From Octopus sinensis (lineage: Eukaryota), in the NCBI RefSeq assembly GCF_006345805.1, contig NC_043006.1:65906001-65970000 (forward strand): 64,000 bases of DNA, in the 5' to 3' direction. The notes under the pieces were generated by a model that was given only the letters and a program-made list of their open reading frames with translations, did not search any database and was not told the DNA's origin. Below are positions 39,275-50,900 of the stretch, piece after piece. The translations under genes were made by a program, and so were the position numbers. Within the stretch, counting starts at the first letter, position 1. Each line of letters begins with the position of its first letter.

Positions 39275-39660
39275 TACAGGGTAAATATTTTTTTAAAATT
39301 TTCTCCTGTTTACGGAATTGATCTTTATTTGCGGTTGAAGCTTTGGCTGTTATTTCTAGTGGGTGAATGGCCTATTATGGCCGTTCCTTGATTGTTGATG
39401 TTGAACTTAAAAATGGTCTACGACTATTTAATTTTTTCCCACTAGGCCGCTGGTGGCAAAAAGAATTCTACAAAATTTTTTTCACCACCCTATATTGATT
39501 AATTATGAATTTTCTGGTTAATTCCGTAATGGAATCGACGGCTTATATTTATTTGCTGCCGATAAATTTGGCGCGAGTGCGACGATTTGAAAATTTTAGG
39601 TCAGATATTGCCTTGGCAGGGTCGGAAATGCCTCGTGAAAATATCTGTTCCGACTTGGCT

Positions 39661-39767
39661 ATTTCTTGCTGAAGAATCTGAGGGCCTATGGAAGATTGGC
39701 TTGATTTAATTTAATCAGGTTAGTTTACCATTAAACAGCAGACGAAACGGTGCATCGTACAAGAAAT
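39661..39767 (+). ncRNA. Type I hammerhead motif, array unit 2
   Basis: Identical to unit 1; predicted cut after 39759. Confidence 0.72.
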
Positions 39768-40151
39768 TACAGGGTAAATATTTTTTAAAATTTTCTCCTG
39801 TTTACGGAATTGATCTTATTTGCGGTTGAAGCTTTGGCTGTTATTTCTAGTGGGTGAATGGCCTATTATGGCCGTTCCTTGATTGTTGATGTTGAACTTA
39901 AAAATGGTCTACGACTATTTAATTTTTTCCCACTAGGCCGCTGGTGGCAAAAAGAATTCTACAAAATTTTTTTCACCACCCTATATTGATTAATTATGAA
40001 TTTTCTGGTTAATTCCGTAATGGAATCGACGGCTTATATTTATTTGCTGCCGATAAATTTGGCGCGAGTGCGACGATTTGAAAATTTTAGGTCAGATATT
40101 GCCTTGGCAGGGTCGGAAATGCCTCGTGAAAATATCTGTTCCGACTTGGCT

Positions 40152-40258
40152 ATTTCTTGCTGAAGAATCTGAGGGCCTATGGAAGATTGGCTTGATTTAA
40201 TTTAATCAGGTTAGTTTACCATTAAACAGCAGACGAAACGGTGCATCGTACAAGAAAT
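40152..40258 (+). ncRNA. Type I hammerhead motif, array unit 3
   Basis: Identical to unit 1; predicted cut after 40250. Confidence 0.72.
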
Positions 40259-40378
40259 TACAGGGTAAATGTTTTTTTAAATTTTCTCCTGTTTACGGAA
40301 TTGATCTTTATTTGCGGTTGAAGCTTTGGCTGTTATTTCTAGTGGGTGAATGGCCTATTATGGCCGTTCCTTGATTGT

Positions 40379-40444
<66 letters not shown>

Positions 40445-40904
40445 TTGTTATATTTTTTGATAACATAATAGGTTAGATAGGATGATGATAGGATGATGTC
40501 AATATTACAATAACCAATAATATGTTGTACATGTATAGTGATATTACAATCATGAAATTAGCATTAGCTTATCTCACTCTTTCTCGTGGAACCTGTAGGA
40601 ACCTTTTGCAGAATCCCAGTTGAGAAATGCTGAGGTAGAGTGTGTGAAAAAATTTATTGTTACATATGGGTGGAACACATAGTGCTTCTAAAACTGTTTC
40701 ACTGAAGTGAGAAGAAGTGGCGGAGGGGTCTTCTCAAGAACCTCATATTGCCTGGCACATGTGCCAGTGATACATCAAAGGCACTCATACACTCTTTGGA
40801 GTGGTTGGCATTAGGAAGGGCATCTGACAGTAGAAACCAAGGCAAAATGTAAAACACACACACACACACGCGACGATGATGATGATGTGTGTGTGTATGT
40901 AAGA

Positions 40905-41270
40905 GGCTGTGTAGTAAGAAGTTTGTTTTGCAACCACATGGTACTAGGTTCAGTCCTACTGCGTGGCACCTTGGGCAAGTGTCTTCTACTATAGCTTTAG
41001 GCCGGCCAAAGCCTTGTGAGTGAATTTGGTAGACGGAAACTGAAAGAATCCTGTTGTATATATATCTATGTGTGTGTCTTTATTTGGCCCCCACCACTGC
41101 TCAACAACTGGTGTTGGTGTGTTTATGTCCCTGTGACTGAGTGGTTTGACAAAAAGGAACCAAAAGAATAAGTACCAGGATTTAAAAAATGAAGTCCTGG
41201 GGTTGATTTGTTTGACTAAAATTACTCAAGTCAGTGCTCCAGCATGGCCACAATCTAATGACTACAACAG
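40905..41270 (+). mobile_element. tRNA/CORE-type SINE
   Basis: Full family structure. Other copies at about 14150-14430, 29290-29560 (-/+ fragments), 44250-44620 (-), 49870-50240, 54590-54905 and 58850-59200. Confidence 0.85.
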
Positions 41271-41431
41271 GCAGAAGATATATGTATGGATAAATATGCC
41301 ATATAATTACCTACCTATCTAGCTATCTATGCTATCCATCTATATACTATACTATCTGTCTATCTATATTATCTGTCTGTCTGTATTATTTGTCTGTCTG
41401 TCTATCTATCTGCCTCTGTCTATACTGTCTG

Positions 41432-41483
<52 letters not shown>

Positions 41484-41494
41484 AATACATACAT

Positions 41495-41561
<67 letters not shown>

Positions 41562-41651
41562 AAGCTCCTAGTGTTTTCATGTAATGTGATACTTCAAACA
41601 TGCCAGACCACCAAAATATTAGGTGCTACTGTTATGTCTGGGTTTGTTTGC

Positions 41652-41883
41652 TTAACCCTTTCATAACTATATTTCTGTTGAAATATACTGTCTTTTGTTT
41701 CAATTCATTTTTGGAAACAGCAGAGAATTTAGTAAAGTAACCCTGTGGTTATTAATCTGGCATTTGGAACACAAATTAGCATGAAATTTTGATGGACTGT
41801 TTAAATTTAGGTCACTTTAGAACAGGAAGTTTGTATCACAGAACCAGGGCTGGTCTCAGACAGGTTGTTATAAGAAGGGTTAA
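41652..41883. mobile_element. TTAA-flanked MITE (piggyBac-type ends)
   Basis: TTAA-CCCTTTCATAAC ... GTTATAAGAAGGG-TTAA. Confidence 0.7.
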
Positions 41884-44800
41884 GGGAGTGTGTGAAAGGC
41901 TGTGATTGTAGATGAATGAGAGGAACTGAGTGAGTGTGAGAGAGAGAGGGTGAGTGAAAGTAGGTATGAGTCCCTCAGAGACTTTAGAGATGAGATTTTT
42001 CTTTTTTGTCTATAACTCTAAGCAAAGTTGTTTCATTTTTATTTATTGGTGTGTGTGATATAGAACATTCTCTGCTATATTTTGTTGATGAAGGTAACAG
42101 AGGTGATGGTGGTGGTAATAGCCACGACCCACTCCCACCAACACCAAACTGCTACTATCATATACTAACACAACCATCATCACAACCACCCTCATTATCA
42201 TCACCACCACCACCGTTACCACTATATTCGTCCTGACTGGTTGTGGTTATGGAGGCTGTATCTATCTACATCTGGGTTTCTTGCTCCATATGTCCTTCTA
42301 AAGCCTCCAACTGATGATGATGATGATGATGATGGCAGTGGTGGTGGTGACAATAACAGTGGGATTTGAAGGTGGAGCTGGCGGCAGTAATGGATGACAA
42401 GTTATGATGGTGGATGCCACAAGGATGGTGTCAAAAATGATGACCATTATGGCGATGGCAGTAATAATGAAAACAACAAGAATTATTACGAAATGATGCC
42501 AGCAAAAATAATCCACAAGGTAAGTCTTGTGGGTGGGTGGGGTGAAAGGCAGGATGTTGTTGATCTAATTAACTAACCCCCCACACCACATACTCACCCC
42601 TTCCTAAGACTGATTGGCCTTCTGTCTATGTTAATAATAATAATGATAACAAGAGCACTCAGAGAGTGCAAACCTTCGCCAAGGCAACACCAACGTCCTC
42701 TCAATGATTAGCCAGAGATGATTTTTAAAATGGGAATATCTGAAATAAACTCAAATGCTCTCATAAATGAGAATGCTAAAAATGAACCCGACCGCTCTCA
42801 AAAATTAAGTAAATAAACATGGAAAATAATCCAGAATCCTTCTCCAGTACCGGATTGATCCTAAAATCTAATCAGTTCGTGCCAGTCATGAGGCCAAACA
42901 TCCCTGAAAGTTTCATCCAAATCCATCCAGCAGTTCTTGAGATATTTTGTCCACAAACAAACAAACGCGACTGAAAACAATACCTCCACCTTCTTGATTT
43001 TTGTTAGCCTTTGTGGCCAATAAACCAGAATTAATTATTATTATTATTATTATTAATATACAAGGCAGTGAGCTGGCAGAATCGTTAGCATGCCAGGTGA
43101 AATTACTTAGCAGTATTTTGTTTGCTGTTATGTTCTGAGTTCAAATTCCGCCGAGGTCAACTTTGTGTTTCAACCTTTCTGGGTCAATAAATTAAGTACC
43201 AGTAAAACACTGTGGTTGATGTAATCGACTTGTCCTCTCCCTGAAATTTCAGGCCTTGTGCCTTTAGTAGAAAGGATTACTTCTATTATTATTATCATCA
43301 TCATTATTATTATTATATAGCAAATATGTGGCATTATTATTCAAACGGCTGAAGACAGATACTTTCCTCCTTGGTCAAGCCCTTATTGACTTTTTCAAGT
43401 TTCACTTGAAAAGGAAAGTAGGGGGTGGAGAGAGAAGTGCTGCCTCCCAGTATTTTTGTTGAAAGGTGAGTGAATGTGGCGAGGGTGGCCCATGTGAATG
43501 GGACTACTCTGAACATGTACTTGTAGGCTGGAGGAGTCGAGAGAGGGAGAGGTGGCTGTTTGGCAGTCGGAGTGATCAAGATGTATGGGGTTCCTTGGTT
43601 GCCCCCCCCCCCCCCCGAGAGAAACTCCCTGCTTTTTAGGGGAATTTTGTTAATTGTTTTGTTATTTATTTTGTACACAAATATTGTGCTTAACCCCACT
43701 TGTTCCTTGTGTCATATCATCCCTATTTGTTTTGTGTTTGGCCCTTGTGGCCAATAAAGAAAAGATTATTATTATTATTAAAGATATCAAGTTGGCAGAA
43801 TGGTTAGCATACCAGGCAAAATGCTTAGCAGGCATTTCATCTGTCTTTACGTTCTGAGTTCAAATTCGACTGAGGTCAACTTTAATTTTCATCCTTTTGG
43901 GGTCAGTAAAATAAATACAAGTTGAATACTGGGGATTGATGTAATCAGTTATCCCCACCCAACAAAATTTCAAAACTTGTGCCTGTTGTAGAAAATCCCT
44001 GTTCAATTTCATCCAGTTTCACTTGAAAAGGAAAATACGGGTAGAGAGGTAAATATTGTCTTATAGCCAATTTGGCAAAAGGTGGATGAAAGTGGCGAGA
44101 ATGGTGCAGGTGAATGGGCATATGCCTATAGCTGAAAAGAAAGCACCTGCCCCCAAGTCAGGGTACCCATGGTTTTTTTTTTATGGGGTTTTTCCATGGG
44201 TAGTCCTCAAACGTCTCCTCCCTATTGCGGATCACACATTCTATTTTTTTTGTTTCAGCAATTTGACTGCAGCCATGCTGGAGCATTGTCTTTTGTCTAA
44301 CCCTAACTCGACCGCAGGACTTATTCTTACTTAGCATAGTACTTATTCTATCGGTCCCCTTTTGCTGAACCGCTAAGTTACGGGGATGTAAACACACCAG
44401 CATCGATTGTCAAGCAATGGTGTGGGGACAAACACAGATACACAAACACATATATATATTATATATAATGACCTTTCTGTTTTTGTCTACCAAATCCACT
44501 CACAAGGCTTTGATTGGCCTGAGGCTATAGTAGAAGACGCTTGCCCAAGATGACATACAGTGGGACTGAACCCAGAACCATGCGGTTGGGAAGCAAGCTA
44601 CTTACCACACAACCACTTGTTGGTCTTGTTTACATGCAAAACACTTACAACACACATTCTTTGTTTTGTCCTGTACTGTCCATAACGATATTCTTAATGT
44701 AAGCCCTTGTGGTTAATGAAAGTATTATTATCATTATTATTACTACGGGCTTCTTCTCATGAGCTGTCCCAATTATTGGAATAGTTCACATCATTTTTGT

Positions 44801-45329
44801 CTATTTTGTGACTCATCGTACCTATTTTCTTGTACTGAATAATTCTATGTAAACCTCTGTACCACCACCACCACCACCAAAATCTTGTTTTTGTAATTTG
44901 TCCTTGTAATGTTTCTACCCTTGTGGCAAATAATAGAGAGTATTATTATTATTATTATTATTATTTTCTATGCCATTCTTCTGTACACCAGACAAGAGTT
45001 GAAGGTAAAACACCACCACCACCACCACCACCGTTGATCATCATCATCATCATCATTCTTTCCTCCTCTCTAACCATACCAACCCAAGTGGTGATGGTTG
45101 TATCTTGAACAGTCTTATACACTCCCAGCCTGGACCCTGCCCCCTTGCTTTTCTTTTTTTCTTTTTCATTTCCATCAAAAATTGAAGGTCAACCACACAC
45201 ACACACAATACAAAACAAACACACAAGCACAAATACACAGTAAGACAAGAGACAGAAATATAATACACACACATACACAATGACACACACATGCATGTAC
45301 GTATGTCAGAGAGACAGAGAGAGAGAGAG

Positions 45330-45376
<47 letters not shown>

Positions 45377-45869
45377 GTAAGTGTCAGAGCAATGTAGAGC
45401 TTGCCTCCAGCTTCAAATGTTCTAGATTGCATGTCTATATCTATATCTATCTATTTGTGTGTGTGTGTGTGTGTGTAGATGCCTGAGGCAGCAGACATCT
45501 TTTAATGTACATTGTTCCTTTCCCCTCCAACAACTGTTTGTTACTGCTTCTTGGCAGGGAGGGAGTTAGGATGGGTTCTTCAATTTTCTTTCTTTATCAG
45601 TTGATGATGACTACTACTACTACTACTACTACTAATAATAATAATAATAACAACAACAACAATAATGGCTTTAAATTGGGGGCAGTGGGTAAGTTGATTA
45701 CATTGACCCTAGAGCTCAACTGACTCCAAGAAAGAATGAAAAAGCAAGTCAAACTCAGCAGAATTTGACTAAGAACATAGCAACAGTGAAATACAACTAA
45801 GCATTTTGTCCAGCATGCTAACAAGTCTGCCAGCTCACCACCTTAATAATAATAATATTAATAATTTAG

Positions 45870-46470
45870 TGATTTAAAACCAAAAAACGGAGACTCTAAT
45901 CTGTGCTGCCCAAGAGCAAGCGTTAAGAACAAACTACATAAAATACGGAATAGACAACACAGCAGAAAGTGATAAGTGCAGAATCTGTGGACAAAACGGT
46001 GAAACCGTATGGCATATTACCAGTCAATGTATGCCACTAGCCCAGAAGGAATATAAGAAATGCCACAACAATATAGCCAGGCTTGTCCATTGGACACTTA
46101 GCAACAAGTATGGACTTAACAGAGTAAAAAATTGGTACGACCACAAACCTGAAGGCATTGTCGAAAATAGAAATGCAAAGCTTCTATGGGATTTTATGAT
46201 TCAGTGTGACCAAGAGATAGAGAATAGGAAGTCAGATATAGTTTAATTGAGAAAGAAAACAAACTATGCTGGATCAGAGATATAGCATGCCCAGCTGACA
46301 ACAAGGTATGCGATAAAGAAGAAAGAAAAGTTGATAGATATGACAGGTTAGCTTGGGAGGTTAAGCAGTTGTGATTGATGAAAAAAGTAGCAGTAGTACC
46401 AATAATTGTCGGAGCCCTGGGAACAGTGAGCAAAAATATTGAGAAGTACGTAGAACAAATATAGTATTCA
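45870..46470 (+). mobile_element. Fragment of an RLE-type non-LTR retrotransposon (R4/Dong-like)
   Basis: AAQEQALRTNY, CCHC knuckle CRICG...ETVWHITSQC, KLLWDFMIQCD, RKSDIV..DIACP restriction-like endonuclease, VPIIVGALG. In-frame stops; (TAA)n at the 5' junction. Confidence 0.85.
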
Positions 46471-46839
46471 TCGGAGACAAAAAAAAAAAGAAGCTATTCC
46501 AGGATCCCTGCAGCAGCTAGCAAGAACACCAGATACATTTCAACCTAGTTGGTCCTTATTAATGGTATGTATTTACAGCCAGGTATGTGCTTAGATGTAA
46601 TTTGTTGTCTCTGATACATAAGAAATAGTAAATAAAACATTCACTAGAATATTTAACAGATTTTTGGCTGATTGTGAGGACATGCCATTGATAAAGTGCA
46701 ACAAGGTTGAAATGCCTCTGTTACTCTTGTTAGTTGCTTCTGCTGGGATGACATACATTGTGTCTTTAGCACAGCAAGTCCATAAGAGAGGTGAATATAA
46801 TGGACACACACATACATATATAGATACATGCATATTTAG

Positions 46840-47780
46840 TCTTTTGTTTTAGTCAGTTGACTGCAGCCATGCTGGAGCACCACCTTGAAGGGTTTTATTC
46901 TTTTGTTTGTTTCAGTCATTTGAAGCACCACCTTTAGTTGAACAAATCAACCTAAGGACTTATTCTTTGTAAGCACTTACACTGTCGGTCCCTTTTGCCA
47001 AACCATTAAGTTACGGGGACGTAAACACACCAATGGTTGTGGGCACAAACACAGATACACACACACATATATATATACACACATATATGCAACGGGCTTC
47101 TTTCAGTTTCCGTCTACCAAATCCACTCACAGAGCTTAGGTTGGTCTGAGGCTATAGTAAAAGTCAGTTCCCCAAAGTGCAACGCAGTGGAATCAAACCC
47201 GAAACTATGTGGTTGGTAAGCAAGCTACTTACCATACAGCCAGAACAAATTGACCACAGGACTTATTTTTTAAGCCTAGTACTTATTCTATTGGTCTCTT
47301 TTACCGAATCTCTAGATAATGGGGACATAAACACACCAACACCGGTTGTCAAGTGGTGATGGAGGGGATTCAGACACACACAGACACACACACACACATG
47401 ACAGGCTTCTTTCAGTTTCCGTCTACCAAATCCACTCACTAGGCTTTGGTCAGCTTGAGGCTATAGAAGACACTTGCTCAGGGTGCCACGCAGTGGGAAT
47501 GAACCTAGAACCATTTGGTTGGGAGGCAAACATTTTACCACACAGCCATGACTATAAATATGTATGTATGTATACACATGTATATATAGACACACAGACA
47601 TATACACACACACATATATATATATACATACAATGGGCTTCTTTTAGTTTCTGTCAACCAAATCCACTCATAAGGCTTTGGTCAGCCTGAGGCTATAGTA
47701 AAAGATACTTGCACAAAGTGCAGTGCAGTGGGATTGAACCTGGAACCAAGTGGTTGGGAGGCAAGCTTCTTACCACACAA
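46840..47780 (-). mobile_element. Cluster of three or four CORE-type SINE fragments in the same orientation
   Basis: Repeated CTTCTTTCAGTTTCCGTCTACCAAATCCACTCA at about 47097, 47405 and 47640. Confidence 0.8.
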
Positions 47781-48159
47781 CCAGGATTATAAATGAGTAT
47801 GTATGCATATATGTATACATACACACATTCAGCATGGAACATGGATGTTAACTGATGATCATACACACACAGAAACACTTCTTATTCTCATATATGTGTG
47901 TAAGTTGCTTCAGAAAGTTCATAATAGTTTCACTTGAAGTGTGTATGGGAGGAAGTAGTGGTAGTGGGGTGGTGACAAAAGTAGTAGTAGTAGTAGTGGT
48001 GGTGGTGGTGGTGGTGGGGCGGTGGTGAACATAACCGGTTCACAAGAGTGTGTTAAATGAAAAGTAACTTGCAAAGCAATAAAAATAAAGCAAGAAAGAA
48101 ACCAGAAAAAAAAATTTTTAAACATAAACCAGGCTTTAAACTGCCAATCCTGCCATTAT

Positions 48160-48420
48160 TTTCTTATCTTTATATATAAAAGAAAGGTTGTGTGTCTATC
48201 TACTCCGATTTAGATTCCTAACTACTCCCACATTTTGCGGTTAACCAAAACTGGGTATCTTATAGTCGTGATTGGGTATTAGCACGCGTCTATGATGAGT
48301 CTACGATTTTAAAAATAATTTACCATCATTTTTTTCCATTTTAATGCATATTTTTTTAATATAAGGGAAGTAACTCTCTAAAAATGTCTACGATGAGTCA
48401 ACGATTTAAAAAAAAATTTA
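48160..48420 (+). mobile_element. Possible Helitron-like 5' fragment
   Basis: TCTTTATATATAAAAG-type start and an internal direct repeat CTA.GATGAGTC.ACGATTT. No 3' end recognised. Confidence 0.3.
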
Positions 48421-48789
48421 CCAAATCCATTCACAAGGCTTTGGTCAACCTAGGGTTATAGTAAAAAAACTATTTGCCCAAGGTACCATAGAGTGGGACT
48501 GAACCTGGAAACCATGTGGTTGAGAAGCTACCTTCAAACCACACAGCCACACCTGTGCCTAAAACATGTATAAAATAAGTAAAATGAGGACATTAGTCTG
48601 AATGAGAAGAAGAAAAATGGAGGCGCAACAGAAAATGAAAATGCTTTAGCCAATTACCCGTCAATTGCTGGTGTGCTGGCATTGAGAGCGATCAACTGAA
48701 AAAAGTATTCAAGCATTTGCCGGCAGATATTAAACAATGATACACACACACATTCATACAAGAGAGAAAGATTGAGATAAATAACTTAC

Positions 48790-48918
48790 CCCAGCAAATT
48801 TTTTACAAGATTTGCCTGTAGATTGTAAGAGACACCGTTCAAGTACCACCTCCATGGACATTTCCTTCTGTACATTGTAGCATTCTTTTAACTTTTTCAG
48901 GGTCATCGCCAACATTGA
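48790..48918 (-). CDS. CHPF: CHPF exon (SMLAMTLKKLKECYNVQKEMSMEVVLERCLLQSTGKSCKKFAG)
   Basis: TTTTCCATTTGCAG| acceptor, GGG|GTAAGT donor, 129 nt, phase 0/0. Cys spacing matches the CHPF L..C...LGRC....G..C segment. Confidence 0.88.
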
Positions 48919-49696
48919 CTGCAAATGGAAAAGATAAGGAGTTGTTACAGTTCATTCTCTCTCCACCAGCATTGCAGATAACAAATATTACACAAATACA
49001 AACATATATAACAGAGTGTATTCTGGATTTAAAGCAAGTTCACAGCATCTCTTGTAAAAGGGAGGGCATCCAGCTGTAAAACACAGCTTTAGGAAACTTC
49101 CCTGAGACCATGACAGCATGCAAAAGCTGATGGAAAAGGATGATGCTAGCACATCACCATCATCATCACTTAGCGTCTGCTTTCCATGCTGGCATGCGTT
49201 AGATGCACCAGGTTCCAATCTGACTGGGCATGGTTTCTATGGCTGGATGCCCTTCCTAATGCCAACCACTCCAAGAGTGTAATGGGTGCTTTTTACATGC
49301 TCCCAGCACTGGTGCCAGTTATGTGACACCATTATCATTTAATGTCCATGATCCGTGTTGTCACGAGTTGGATGATGTGACAGGATCCAATGGGTCTAAG
49401 AGCTGCATCATGCTCCTGTATATGCCATATTGTGGTTTCTACGGCTGGACATCCTTCCCAATGCCAACCAACTAACAATGCATACTGGGTGCTTTTGTTT
49501 TGCTGGTGTCACCAGCAATAGTGAGGTTATGCAGCTTGCAAGATCATGAAACCCGAGGGGCTGGAGCAGCTATTTATGTTAGGAGATTAGGGTTAAGGTA
49601 TGAGAGAAGGGATGATAAGGGCAGGTTCTTGTTAGAACTTTATGGCTACTCACATTTAAAGGAGAGAGTGAAAAAAAATCAGTAGTAGCTGCAAAC

Positions 49697-49745
<49 letters not shown>

Positions 49746-50269
49746 TATATATATATATACATATACATACACACACACACACCACAGAAGTGTGTGTTGA
49801 TATTCATCTTGTTCACCATTGTTAGTGGATGGGAACAGCAAAAAGCTCAACACACATTTTCCAGACATAGGTAGGTGTGGGTGTGTGGTGAAGAAGTTTG
49901 CTTCCTAACCTTGTGGTTCTGGTTCAATCCCAGTAATTGGATTTGGTAGACAGAAACTGAAAGAAGCCTGCTGTATATAAGTATAGGCATGTGTGTGTGT
50001 GTGATAGTTGTACATGAACATCATCATCACACAAGTGATGTTGTTCATTTCCAGTTTTCCATGAAAGGAAAGCATGACCTTTCCTTTCCATAGGCACAGG
50101 TGTAGCTGTGTGGTAAGAGGCTTGCTTCCCCAGCCACATGGTTCTGGGTTCAGTCCCACTGCGTGGCACCTTGGGCAAGAATCTTCTACTATAGACTTAG
50201 GCCGACCAAAGCCAGATGGGAACTGAAAGAAGCCTGCCATATAGTAGGCTTGAAAGAAATGAAGCTAGT

Positions 50270-50900
50270 ATGATTCACTGCATGTGTAATGTCAGTGTGC
50301 ATACATGACAGAGTATAAGCACCCTGAGAGAAAAATTGAACTTAAGAAGCATCAAATGTGGTGTGCAAGAGAGATGACTGTGCTGGTATGGTCATGTATT
50401 ATGTATGGATGAGGACAGCTGTGTGAAGAAGTGCCACTCCCTGACTGTGGAAGGAACCTATGATACAGGTAGACCCAGGAAGACATGCAATGAGGTTGTG
50501 AAGCACCAGACTCCAATCTGATCTGGCAATGTTTCTACAGCTGGATGCCCTTTCTAGCGCCAACCACTCTGCAAGTGTAGAGGGTGCTTTTTATGTGCTA
50601 CTGGCACAGGAGCCAATCAGGTGGGACTGACATCGATCATGTTCAGATAGTGCTTTTTATGTGCTACTGGCATCGGCCACGTACGGATGGTGCTTTTTAC
50701 ATGCCATCGGTACAGGAGCCAGTCGGGGGTACTGGCATCGGCCACGTACAGATGGTGCTTTTTATGTACCATCAGTACAGGAGCCAGTCAGGGGGTACTG
50801 GCATCAGCCAGGTACAGATGGTGATTTTTATGTGCCACTGGCATGGGAGCTAGTCAGGGGGCACTGGCCGCAGCTATGATATTGGTTTTACTTGACTCAA
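50270..50900. mobile_element. RTE-clade LINE fragments (ORF end on +, 3' UTR repeats on -)
   Basis: Degenerate CWYGHVLCMDEDSCVKKCHSLTVEGT..GRPRKT peptide on +, joined to inverted 3' UTR repeats like those at 2700-3050 and 56540-56790. Confidence 0.7.

Larger units (their letters stand above)
39068..40382 (+). repeat. Tandem array of ~492-bp units (2.7 copies), one hammerhead motif per unit
   Basis: Unit starts GATAAATTTGGCGCG at 39068, 39561 and 40052. Copies differ almost only in homopolymer length. No ORF of 60 aa or more. Ends in (TA)n at 40381-40442. Confidence 0.95.

Noticed and set aside
39068-40382. CRISPR or rDNA/5S interpretation of the tandem array
   Set aside because: No repeat-spacer alternation and no recognisable rRNA sequence. 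The Pol III box-like matches near 39075-39100 are too weak to call.
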